In this document: piece after piece, positions 38,558 to 46,276 of the stretch | How positions within the stretch are numbered: the stretch's first letter is position 1 | Layout: the number at the start of each line of letters is the position of its first letter | Assembly: GCA_021107455.1 (NCBI GenBank) | Contig: JAIOSU010000212.1 | Location: forward strand, 5,123-69,122 | Length of the DNA stretch: 64,000 nt | Origin: Clostridiales bacterium | Lineage (GTDB): Bacteria; Bacillota; Clostridia; Peptostreptococcales; Acidaminobacteraceae | Direction: 5' to 3' | The notes under the pieces: model-generated | Databases searched by the model: none | The model's input: only the letters and a program-made list of their open reading frames with translations | What the model was told of the DNA's origin: nothing | Position numbers and translations under genes: made by a program

Positions 38558-39428
38558 GATCATGGAGATCAATGGTTTTCACCCAATGACATACACCCCC
38601 GACCCAAATTTCATGATGGTCTGAATCAATATGTGAACGAACAGTGATTGAACTGGTGGCGTTCATGGATTCACCTTGCAAAACAGTGGCGTCAAAGCTC
38701 GATTCCGCACTATGGAGATGATGGTGTAGGTATGCGGCTAAGGCGCCATTTGATGTTCCCGTGGCAGCTTCTTCATCGATACCATATAATGGGGCGAAAT
38801 TTCTTGCAAAAATATTTCCGGACTCGACTGTAAAAACATGCGCACCGACAACACCGAGTTCATCTGATAATGCTGAAAACTCTTTGAAATTAAGAGCCAA
38901 AGTGTTGAGTGTCTCGCGATTTTTGACACCAATCATTAGATCCTTAAGACCAGTACTCCATACCTCAATAGGAAATGATTCGTGGAACGGTTCCGGATCG
39001 CTGGAATGAAAGCATTTCTTAATTCGAAGTACATCAGTGTTTGAGAGTTTGATTTTTTCAGGCTCTGCTTGACGCATCATTATAATCACATGACCTGAGT
39101 CAACAATCAATTTAATTTCAAGATCTCCTGCAGCTGTGCGTTGCAGGATTTCGTTTTTTTTGATGACTCCCAATCGATACAACATGTATGCGCTTGCCAG
39201 AGTAGCATGACCACAAAGAGGCACTTCCTCGGTCGGTGTGAAAAAACGGATCTGATAATCCGGTTTATCGTCACAAGGCATGATAAAAGCAGTTTCCGAC
39301 AAACCCAGATGAGAAGCTATGGTTTTCATGGTTGCCTCGGTCATGTCGTGTTCACCGAGTATAACTACTCCAGCGGGATTCCCTCCTTTTTCTTCGTGAA
39401 CGAAGCTGTTGATGATATAAGCGTTCAT
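38550..39428 (-). CDS. PhzF-family isomerase
   Basis: MNAYIINSFVHEEKGGNPAGVVI...FFTPTEEVPLCGHATLA...DEEAATGTSNGALAAYL. Confidence 0.8.
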   Translation of the reverse strand: MNAYIINSFVHEEKGGNPAGVVILGEHDMTEATMKTIASHLGLSETAFIMPCDDKPDYQIRFFTPTEEVPLCGHATLASAYMLYRLGVIKKNEILQRTAAGDLEIKLIVDSGHVIIMMRQAEPEKIKLSNTDVLRIKKCFHSSDPEPFHESFPIEVWSTGLKDLMIGVKNRETLNTLALNFKEFSALSDELGVVGAHVFTVESGNIFARNFAPLYGIDEEAATGTSNGALAAYLHHHLHSAESSFDATVLQGESMNATSSITVRSHIDSDHHEIWVGGVCHWVKTIDLHDLI

Positions 39429-39963
39429 TCAATCCTCCTTGATTCTAGACTTGTAAGATACATAAGTGTTGAGTGTATCAATGTAGTTGAGCAGTCCACC
39501 GCCACGTTCCTTTTTTATTAAAAAATCAGTATCCATGGATTTATATGGGATTGATCTGCGTTCTTTCTTAATGAAGTACTCATTGATAGTTTCGTAAGGA
39601 ACCAAATAATAAGTATCGTTGAATTTAAAATGAACAATTATGAATGCGAGACCACCTTGTTTGTCCACATCTTTCATATATTCGATCTGATGCTCATGAA
39701 TATTGCTGAGTGGCAGGCTTTTTAGATTGGTTTCTTTAGCATCGAAAGCGATAAATACTCCCTGGACGATTCCAATGAAGTCCACCGTGGACTTTTTTTC
39801 GAAAAAGCCTTTGGTGACCATACCTGTATTGCTGATTTCAACAACCTTGACCGGAGTGCTGATCTTATCAACGCGACACAGTCCAAGTTGGTGGTAGTAC
39901 TGATTGGTATAAAGCAGTAGTTCTTCCAGTACATCACCACGATGTCCGCTTTTTGACCACATT
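39429..39963 (-). CDS. recU: Holliday junction resolvase RecU
   Basis: GHRGDVLEELLLYTNQYYHQLGLCRVDKISTPVKVV...VDFIGIVQGVFIAFDAKET. I start it at MWSKSG (ATG 39963), preceded by CAGGGAGG; the longer track ORF has no RBS. Confidence 0.82.
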
Positions 39964-40038
39964 ATGTTTGTCCTCCCTGTATTATCATATATCAAGTCTA
40001 TCATGATTTTGTAAACCTGTGAATAATGAAGAATAAGT

Positions 40039-40059
40039 TGTGGATAAAAGTGTGGATAA
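40039..40059 (+). promoter_or_regulatory. Tandem pair of perfect DnaA-box 9-mers (TGTGGATAA x2 = complement of TTATCCACA)
   Basis: TGTGGATAA at 40039-40047 and 40051-40059. A one-mismatch copy, TGTGGATAg, lies near 40247-40255. About 75-95 nt upstream of the recU start. Confidence 0.55.
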
Positions 40060-40298
40060 TGTGCATAACCGAACGTTGACAAATAGACATTGGCCTCAAT
40101 AGAGCCAGTTTTGACCAGGAAACATCAAATTGATGAATTAATAGAGGCAAATGTTAAAGAATGTTCGACATTTGTTTACAATTTCTTAACATTAAACTAA
40201 ATAAGTCGATAATTTTGAATAGTGTTGGTTCACATAATAATTATAATAATGTGGATAGGCTGTTAACAATATGTTCATAGGTTTTTATTTAAAATCAT

Positions 40299-40327
40299 TT
40301 GACAGGGTATTAAAAAGATAGTATTAT
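40299..40327 (+). promoter_or_regulatory. Consensus sigma-A promoter of the selenoprotein operon
   Basis: TTGACA (40299-40304), 17 nt, TATTAT (40322-40327). Confidence 0.7.
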
Positions 40328-40333
40328 ATTATT

Positions 40334-40354
40334 ACACCCCCAAGGCAGGGGGAT
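40334..40354 (+). promoter_or_regulatory. Candidate CsoR/CstR-family operator (C5-N6-G5 inverted repeat)
   Basis: ACACCCCC-AAGGCA-GGGGGAT, between the -10 and the RBS. CsoR-family operators are C-tract/G-tract inverted repeats. Confidence 0.45.
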
Positions 40355-40365
40355 GGGAGGCTTTG

Positions 40366-40653
40366 ATGAAAATTTCACTAACTCAGAGTGCTATTGAGAA
40401 ATTAAAAAAAGAATCGAACCCCAAAAGTGGTTACCGAATCAATGTACTCGGCGTTGGCTGAGGCGGTCCAAAATTTGGATTTGTTCGGGACGAACAAAAG
40501 GAAAATGATTACTTGGAAGTAATAGAGGGTATCAAAGTATTTGCAGACACTGAACTTATCGAAACTCATCATGGATTCAAGGTGGATTACTCCAGTTTCC
40601 TATTGACACGAGGTTTTTATGTCCAGGCTTTGCATTACGGTTCGAGATGTTAA
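40366..40653 (+). CDS. HesB/IscA-like selenoprotein; in-frame TGA (40459-40461) read as selenocysteine
   Basis: Manual translation: MKISLTQSAIEKLKKESNPKSGYRINVLGVG-U-GGPKFGFVRDEQKENDYLEVIEGIKVFADTELIETHHGFKVDYSSFLLTRGFYVQALHYGSRC*. GGGAGG RBS at 40355-40360. The TGA aligns with the first conserved Cys of IscA ([12 protein letters not shown]). The frame stays open for 63 codons after the TGA. Confidence 0.75.
40480..40498 (+). promoter_or_regulatory. Candidate bacterial SECIS hairpin
   Basis: UUUGUUCG-GGA-CGAACAAA: an 8-bp stem with G-containing apical loop. It starts 21 nt after the first base of the UGA (18 nt past the codon), and the loop G is 29 nt from it. Confidence 0.5.
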
Positions 40654-40678
40654 GAAATCATGATTTGGAGGTATTAAA

Positions 40679-40912
40679 ATGTCTAAAAATGTTGTAATTT
40701 ATTCAAGCAATACTTGTGGTTATTGTACTATGGCAAAAGAGTACTTAAATGAAAAAGGCGTCTCTTTTACAGAAAAAAATGTGTCAACTGATATCGAAGC
40801 TCGCAAGGAGTTGATGTCAAAAGGATTCATGGGCGTTCCAGTGATTTATGTTGAGGACGAAGTGATCCAAGGTTTTGACAAAGCAAGATTGGATACGCTT
40901 TTGGGATTATAA
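40679..40912 (+). CDS. Glutaredoxin-like protein (YruB/NrdH-like, CGYC active site)
   Basis: VVIYSSNTCGYCTMAKEYLNEKGVSFTEKNV...GVPVIYV. Confidence 0.85.
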   Translation: MSKNVVIYSSNTCGYCTMAKEYLNEKGVSFTEKNVSTDIEARKELMSKGFMGVPVIYVEDEVIQGFDKARLDTLLGL

Positions 40913-40926
40913 GCGGAAGCATTGGA

Positions 40927-40950
40927 AGAGCCCCGTATGGGCTCTTTTTA
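40927..40950 (+). terminator. Intrinsic terminator/attenuator between the glutaredoxin gene and the CoADR-fusion gene
   Basis: AGAGCCC-cgtat-GGGCTCT followed by TTTTT. Confidence 0.55.
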
Positions 40951-40977
40951 TTTGAATATGATTAAATGGAGGTAACA

Positions 40978-43461
40978 ATGAAACAGAAGGTTTTGATAGT
41001 CGGCGGTGTCGCCGGTGGAGCTAGTGCAGCAGCACGTCTTAGAAGGGTAGATGAAAACGCGGAAATTATCATGCTTGAAAGAGGACCGTACATATCATTT
41101 GCGAACTGTGGTCTTCCTTATTATGTAGGTGGAACAATTGAAGAAAGAAGTGCGCTTTTACTTCAAACTCCAGAAGCGATGAAAGCAAGATTCAATATTG
41201 ATGTCCGTGTGGAAAATGAAGTTTTGTCAATTGATAGAGAGAAAAAGACAGTAGAGATCAGAGACATCAAATCAGCCAATGTCTATGAGGAATCATATGA
41301 TGTATTAGTACTTTCACCTGGATCAACACCGCTTAAGCCTCCAATTCCTGGCATTGATGCCCCAAATATTTTTTCGTTATGGAACATTCCTGATGTTGAT
41401 AGAATCAAAGGCTTTGTTGATGGCATGAAGCCAAAGACTGCCGCAGTCATAGGGGGAGGTTTCATCGGTCTTGAAATGGCTGAAAACTTGCACGATTTAG
41501 GTATTGAGGTCTCTGTTATTGAAATGGCTGACCAAGTCATGGCTCCAGTAGATTTTGAAATGGCCCAAATTGTTCATAAACATATGAAGACCAAAAATGT
41601 CGGACTTTATTTGGGTGATGGAGTAAAATCATTCGAATATCATAACGGCAAAACAAGAGTTACACTTCAAAGCGGAAAATCTGTAGAAGTGGACGTTGTA
41701 ATCCTTTCCATTGGAATCAGACCACAAAGTGAACTTGCCAAAAATGCAGGTCTTGAAATGAACCAGAGAAACGGAATTGTTGTGGATGCCTCATTAAAGA
41801 CGTCAGATCCAAGCATATATGCAATTGGGGATGCCATTGAAGTTGTTGACTTCATAGGTGGACAAAAAACCATGATTCCTCTTGCTGGACCAGCCAACAA
41901 GCAAGGTCGTATCTGTGCTGACAATATCGCTGGAATTCAGAGCACGTACAAAGGCACTCAAGGTACATCTGTAGCGAAAGTATTCGACCTTACGGTTTCA
42001 GCTACCGGTGTCAATGAAAAAACACTGATCAGAGAAGGCAAAGTATACGGAAAAGATTATTACACGACACTTATTCATCCGAATTCACATGCAGGATACT
42101 ATCCAGGTGCAATTCCTATGACACTTAAGTTGATCTTCGGTATGGACGGAAAAGTACTTGGCGCACAAAACGTTGGATATGATGGAGTAGAAAAACGTAT
42201 TGACGTCATCGCCACTGCCATCAGATTCAATGCAACTGTATTTGATTTGACAGAACTTGAACTTGCTTATGCACCGCCGTATTCTTCAGCGAAGGATCCT
42301 GTGAATATGGCAGGTTTCGTCGGTGAGAATATTCTTAAGGGAATCACAAAACCATTTCAATGGCATGAGTTCAAGTCCATCGATAAAGATGTGATCATTC
42401 TGGATGTCAGAGAGCCAATCGAAAGAGATATGGGATTCATCACCGGTTCGATCAACATCCCTGTGGATTCACTCAGAGACAGAATGCATGAACTGGATAA
42501 AAACAAGAAAATTGTAATATACTGTGCGGTAGGAATCAGAGGCCATGCTGCATCCAGAATTTTGATGCAAAATGGATTTGAGAATATCTACAATCTCATG
42601 GGTGGGTATACAACTTATGCGACTGTCCTTTGTCAGGATGACAACAAAGCATGTGGAGGTATTTCATTCAATTCAGAAATACATCTTACAGAATCAGGAG
42701 ATGTAGAAGATGCACATGAAATAGATGACGCAAATGCAGAAGTGATCAAACTCAATGCCTGTGGACTACAATGTCCTGGTCCGATCATGCAAGTGAGCAA
42801 ATCCATAGAAGCGATGAAAGTCGGCGATATTCTGGATGTCAAAGCAACAGACCCGGGTTTCATGAGTGATATCGGTGTTTGGTGTGATAAGACAGGAAAT
42901 ACGTTGATTGATTCGGGCAAAGAAGACAAACAGTTTTTCGCTCGTATCAGAAAAGGTAAGAAGAAAGTGGCAAATGCTCTTGTAGAATCTAAAGATGATA
43001 AGACCATTGTGGTATTCAGTGGTGATCTTGATAAAGCTATTGCGACACTCATCATAGCAAACGGTGCAGCATCCATGGGTAAAAAAGTGACGCTTTTCTA
43101 TACATTCTGGGGACTCAATATACTCCGAAGACCTGAAAAAGTCAATGTAAAGAAAGATTTTATCGGGAAAATGTTCAGTTCCATGTTGCCTAGAGGTACA
43201 AGGAAGTTAGGGCTTTCAAAAATGAACATGCTCGGAATGGGTCCAAAGATGATTCGTATGGTCATGAAAAAACATAATGTGGATTCACTTGAATCCATGC
43301 TTCAAATGGCTATAGATAATGGTGTTCGCATGGTGGCATGCAACATGTCGATGGATTTGATGGGAATTACACAGGAAGAGTTGATAGACGGTATTGAACT
43401 CGGTGGTGTGGCTTCTATGCTTGGTGCCGCTGAAGATTCAAATATGAGCTTATTCATATAG
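40978..43461 (+). CDS. Four-domain fusion: CoA-disulfide reductase/NADH-persulfide-reductase-like flavoprotein + rhodanese + TusA/SirA-like + DsrE/DsrF-like
   Basis: VLIVGGVAGGASAA...SFANCGLPYY (redox Cys)...GGGFIGLE. Rhodanese: IILDVREP...IVIYCAVGIRG. TusA-like: LNACGLQCPGPIM. DsrE-like: KTIVVFSGDLDKA...VACNMSMDLMG. ATG 40978 follows GGAGG. Confidence 0.8.
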   Translation: MKQKVLIVGGVAGGASAAARLRRVDENAEIIMLERGPYISFANCGLPYYVGGTIEERSALLLQTPEAMKARFNIDVRVENEVLSIDREKKTVEIRDIKSANVYEESYDVLVLSPGSTPLKPPIPGIDAPNIFSLWNIPDVDRIKGFVDGMKPKTAAVIGGGFIGLEMAENLHDLGIEVSVIEMADQVMAPVDFEMAQIVHKHMKTKNVGLYLGDGVKSFEYHNGKTRVTLQSGKSVEVDVVILSIGIRPQSELAKNAGLEMNQRNGIVVDASLKTSDPSIYAIGDAIEVVDFIGGQKTMIPLAGPANKQGRICADNIAGIQSTYKGTQGTSVAKVFDLTVSATGVNEKTLIREGKVYGKDYYTTLIHPNSHAGYYPGAIPMTLKLIFGMDGKVLGAQNVGYDGVEKRIDVIATAIRFNATVFDLTELELAYAPPYSSAKDPVNMAGFVGENILKGITKPFQWHEFKSIDKDVIILDVREPIERDMGFITGSINIPVDSLRDRMHELDKNKKIVIYCAVGIRGHAASRILMQNGFENIYNLMGGYTTYATVLCQDDNKACGGISFNSEIHLTESGDVEDAHEIDDANAEVIKLNACGLQCPGPIMQVSKSIEAMKVGDILDVKATDPGFMSDIGVWCDKTGNTLIDSGKEDKQFFARIRKGKKKVANALVESKDDKTIVVFSGDLDKAIATLIIANGAASMGKKVTLFYTFWGLNILRRPEKVNVKKDFIGKMFSSMLPRGTRKLGLSKMNMLGMGPKMIRMVMKKHNVDSLESMLQMAIDNGVRMVACNMSMDLMGITQEELIDGIELGGVASMLGAAEDSNMSLFI

Positions 43462-43479
43462 TATTGATGGAGGTATTTA

Positions 43480-43746
43480 ATGGTTGAAATGGATGATGAC
43501 AAAAAGAAAATCATCAATCGACTAAAGACAATCAAAGGTCATGTCCAAGGAATTGAGAATATGGTTGAAAGTGATAAGGGCTGTGATGAGATTCTGGTTC
43601 AAATTGCCGCAATCAAACAATCCATCCACAAAGTCGGACTGGCAATCATGGAAAGGCAAGCTACAAGCTGTTTCATGGAAGAGGACAAAGTCGATAAGGA
43701 AAAAATGGAAGAGTTGATCAAATTGATGTTCAATTACACCAAATAG
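43480..43746 (+). CDS. CsoR/RcnR-family (DUF156) repressor, CstR-like (no Cu-ligand His)
   Basis: IINRLKTIKGHVQGIENMVESDKGCDEILVQIAAIKQSIHKVGLAIMERQATSCF. Two Cys are present, but Gln sits at the position four residues before the second Cys, where CsoR has His. Confidence 0.75.
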   Translation: MVEMDDDKKKIINRLKTIKGHVQGIENMVESDKGCDEILVQIAAIKQSIHKVGLAIMERQATSCFMEEDKVDKEKMEELIKLMFNYTK

Positions 43747-43753
43747 ACAGAAT

Positions 43754-43805
43754 AAAAACCGTACATGTATCCTATGTCAAAGTAGGAGGCGTGTACGGTT
43801 TTTTG
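43754..43805. terminator. Bidirectional terminator between convergent genes
   Basis: A-run, AACCGTACA...TGTACGGTT, T-run. Confidence 0.7.
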
Positions 43806-43811
43806 ATGGGA

Positions 43812-44987
43812 TTATAAAGATTCTATAAAATCTTTCTTACTGATGCGATTAGCCAGTGCCTTTTTAAGCTTTGAGGATTTGGATATGTCATCGAGCAAAA
43901 TGCCACCGACAAGAATATCATCCACAAAGAAATATTTTTCGAAATGGTTGTCGTCTTTGACCTTGTGAGAGTCATATGTCGTACCTGGATCACTGCCCAC
44001 ATCCCCGATGGAAAACAGTCTCATGTTCATCCCTTGATAAATGTTGAAAGGAATCACAGGTTCATAGACAGATCGGATTCCGACAGAGTTGAGTCCGGCA
44101 ATCTTTCCTTGGTCTACTGATTCTGGCCAAATTGCATAATTGATACCTTTGTGTTCCGCACAGTCTCCGGCGGCATAAATATCGGCATGGCTGGTTTTCA
44201 TGAAATCATCGACCACAATTCCGCGTTCGATCTTTAGTCCTGCTTCCTTGGCAAGTGCTGTGTCTGCTCGGACACCGATTGAAAAAATGACAAAATCTGC
44301 ATCAATTATGGTGCCATCAGACAATTCTACACCTTTTGCTGAATCCTCACCAACAATACCTTTGGTTTGAACCCCTTTCATAACTTTGATTCCTGTGCTA
44401 GCGACCTTATTTTCAAATATCTCCGAAGCTTCAAGATCCAGTTGTCTCGGCAACAGTCGGTCCATCATTTCAACCACATCTACTGAAATGTCAAGCTTTC
44501 TAAGCTGCCAGCCCAGTTCCAGGCCAAGTAAGCCGCCGCCAATGATCACTGTTTTTTTTGAGGTGCTCGCAAGTTCTTTAATCTTTTCAGCATCGTCAAG
44601 GTTTCGGAGAGAAACGACATTTTTAAGTGTTGAACCAGGCATTGGAGGTATGAAGTTGTTGCTGCCTGAACAGATGATCAGGGCATCATAAGAAATTTCT
44701 TCACCAGAGTCAAGAATTAACTCATGTGCTTCAGGAAGAATCTGCTTGACTATACTGGATGTCTTAAGAAGGATATTATTTTCTTTATACCAATTCAAGT
44801 CGTGCAAATAGAAACGCTTTGGAAGGGATTCCTCACTCACGTATTCTGAAAGCATCGGGCGATAGTAAACTGGCCTTTCCTCTTTTGAGATGATTGTGAT
44901 TTCATATGAGTTATTTTGGTTCAAAATTTCTTCGGCGGCAGCATTTCCAGCCGCGCCATTCCCGATGATAACTATTTTTTTTGACAT
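43812..44987 (-). CDS. FAD-dependent pyridine nucleotide-disulfide oxidoreductase, probable NADH:rubredoxin oxidoreductase (NROR)
   Basis: KIVIIGNGAAGNAAA...VIIGGGLLGLELG...AAGDCAE. Divergent from the rubredoxin gene. Confidence 0.65.
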   Translation of the reverse strand: MSKKIVIIGNGAAGNAAAEEILNQNNSYEITIISKEERPVYYRPMLSEYVSEESLPKRFYLHDLNWYKENNILLKTSSIVKQILPEAHELILDSGEEISYDALIICSGSNNFIPPMPGSTLKNVVSLRNLDDAEKIKELASTSKKTVIIGGGLLGLELGWQLRKLDISVDVVEMMDRLLPRQLDLEASEIFENKVASTGIKVMKGVQTKGIVGEDSAKGVELSDGTIIDADFVIFSIGVRADTALAKEAGLKIERGIVVDDFMKTSHADIYAAGDCAEHKGINYAIWPESVDQGKIAGLNSVGIRSVYEPVIPFNIYQGMNMRLFSIGDVGSDPGTTYDSHKVKDDNHFEKYFFVDDILVGGILLDDISKSSKLKKALANRISKKDFIESL

Positions 44988-45120
44988 TGTAGTGCCTACC
45001 TTTCTTTTGCAATTTCATTATGTTACAATTTTTATACCAAATAAACTCCAGTTCAAGCAAAATAATATTTATAATTTTGTTTGGTTGGAATGATTATTGG
45101 GGTATAAACAAAAAAGACTG

Positions 45121-45149
45121 TTGACATTAAAATTTATTAGTGTTATTAT
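45121..45149 (+). promoter_or_regulatory. Sigma-A promoter of the rubredoxin-perR-dfx operon
   Basis: TTGACA-17 nt-TATTAT. Confidence 0.65.
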
Positions 45150-45153
45150 CAAA

Positions 45154-45168
45154 TTGTAATCGTTACAA
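45154..45168 (+). promoter_or_regulatory. Candidate PerR/Fur-type box (7-1-7)
   Basis: TTGTAAT-C-GTTACAA immediately downstream of the -10. Resembles the B. subtilis Per box TTATAATnATTATAA. Confidence 0.5.
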
Positions 45169-45221
45169 CTTGAGAATGAAAACAGTCAAAACAAAATTTA
45201 AAGTATAAGGAGAGTATGATT

Positions 45222-45380
45222 ATGAAGTATGAATGTGTAGCTTGTGGTTATGTTTATGATCCTGAAATTGGAGATCCAGATGGCGGAGTAGCTCCTGGAA
45301 CAGCTTTTGAAGATATTCCAGAAGATTGGGTATGTCCACTATGTGGAGTAGGCAAGGATATGTTTGAGCCTTTGGCTTAA
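45222..45380 (+). CDS. Rubredoxin (52 aa; below the ORF-track length cutoff)
   Basis: [52 protein letters not shown]. Two CxxCG knuckles. AAGGAGAG RBS. Confidence 0.9.
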   Translation: MKYECVACGYVYDPEIGDPDGGVAPGTAFEDIPEDWVCPLCGVGKDMFEPLA

Positions 45381-45411
45381 TTGTTGATGAAAGTGTGGGA
45401 AGGTGAATGAT

Positions 45412-45825
45412 ATGCAAGAAAATTATTTTGGAGATTTTTTGAGGAACAATGGAATAAAACCGTCGTTTCAACGGATCAAAATCTATGAATATTTGCTTCA
45501 AAACAAGGAGCATCCGACAGTTGAAACCATTTACAATGCCTTGAACAGTCAAATCCCCACACTTTCAAAAACTACTGTTTACAATACCTTGAAAGTTTTC
45601 ATAGAAAAAGGAATTGCAATGGCGATTACCATTGATGACACTGAAGTTCGTTTTGATGCGGATGTAAAAGTGCATGGTCATTTCAAATGTGAACATTGCC
45701 ATAAAATTTATGATTTTGAAGTCGATGTGGAGAGCATTTCCAGTGAGGCTCTCAAAGATTTTGATGTATATGATCAACAAATGTTTTTCTATGGGGTCTG
45801 CAAGGTTTGCAAGAACAATTCATAG
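45412..45825 (+). CDS. perR: Fur-family peroxide-responsive repressor (PerR-like)
   Basis: GIKPSFQRIKIYEYLLQNKEHPTVETIYNAL...HGHFKCEHCHKIYD...CKVCKNN. The PerR assignment rests on context. Confidence 0.7.
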   Translation: MQENYFGDFLRNNGIKPSFQRIKIYEYLLQNKEHPTVETIYNALNSQIPTLSKTTVYNTLKVFIEKGIAMAITIDDTEVRFDADVKVHGHFKCEHCHKIYDFEVDVESISSEALKDFDVYDQQMFFYGVCKVCKNNS

Positions 45826-45835
45826 GAGGTACTAA

Positions 45836-46213
45836 ATGAAGAAGCTTGATGTCTATAAATGCGAAGAATGCGGTAATATCGTAGAAGTTTTGCATTGGGG
45901 TGGCGGCGATCTTGTATGTTGTGGCGAAAACATGAAACTGATGGAAGAAAAATCAGCGGATTCAACAACTGAGAAGCATGTACCAGTGGTGGAAGCGATT
46001 CAAGGTGGCTATAAAGTGACCGTTGGTTCGACACTTCATCCAATGAAAGAAGAGCACTATATTGAATGGATAGAACTTATTACTGAAACTGATACATTGA
46101 TCACATTCCTCAAACCTGGCGATGAGCCTGTGGCTATTTTCAAAACTGATGAAAAGGCTGTTATGGCAAGAGAATATTGTAATCTCCACGGTTTGTGGAA
46201 AAACGAAATGTAA
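45836..46213 (+). CDS. dfx: Desulfoferrodoxin (2Fe superoxide reductase)
   Basis: [28 protein letters not shown] (desulforedoxin domain)...EKHVPVVE...[14 protein letters not shown]...CNLHGLW. Confidence 0.88.
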   Translation: MKKLDVYKCEECGNIVEVLHWGGGDLVCCGENMKLMEEKSADSTTEKHVPVVEAIQGGYKVTVGSTLHPMKEEHYIEWIELITETDTLITFLKPGDEPVAIFKTDEKAVMAREYCNLHGLWKNEM

Positions 46214-46276
46214 TCCAATATGAAGAGTTTAGGATCTAAACATTCTAAACTCTCTCTATGATAAAGGAGAGAAATT

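Noticed and set aside
39964-40082. N-terminal 39-aa extension of recU in the track ORF (start at 40082).
   Set aside because: The extension (MSTFGYAHYPHFYPQLILHYSQVYK...) has no RecU-like sequence and covers the DnaA boxes and the likely promoter. An internal ATG at 39963 has a strong CAGGGAGG RBS.
40039-40327. Whether the DnaA-box cluster marks the chromosomal origin (oriC).
   Set aside because: No dnaA, dnaN, rpmH or gidA-type neighbours. Only 2-3 boxes. I could not identify a convincing AT-rich unwinding element with repeated 13-mers or DnaA-trios. An extra-origin DnaA-box cluster is the more conservative reading. GC skew could not be computed here.
40459-40461. The in-frame TGA as a sequencing error or as evidence of a pseudogene.
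   Set aside because: The stop falls exactly on the conserved IscA/HesB cysteine column. The downstream frame stays open for 63 codons with family-like sequence, and a hairpin sits at SECIS distance. A random nonsense mutation would not be expected to hit that codon. It remains unverified without sel genes or homolog alignment.
45220-45552. Minus-strand 110-aa ORF overlapping the rubredoxin and perR genes.
   Set aside because: The plus strand encodes a textbook rubredoxin with an RBS and the start of a Fur-family protein. The minus-strand translation has no recognisable features.
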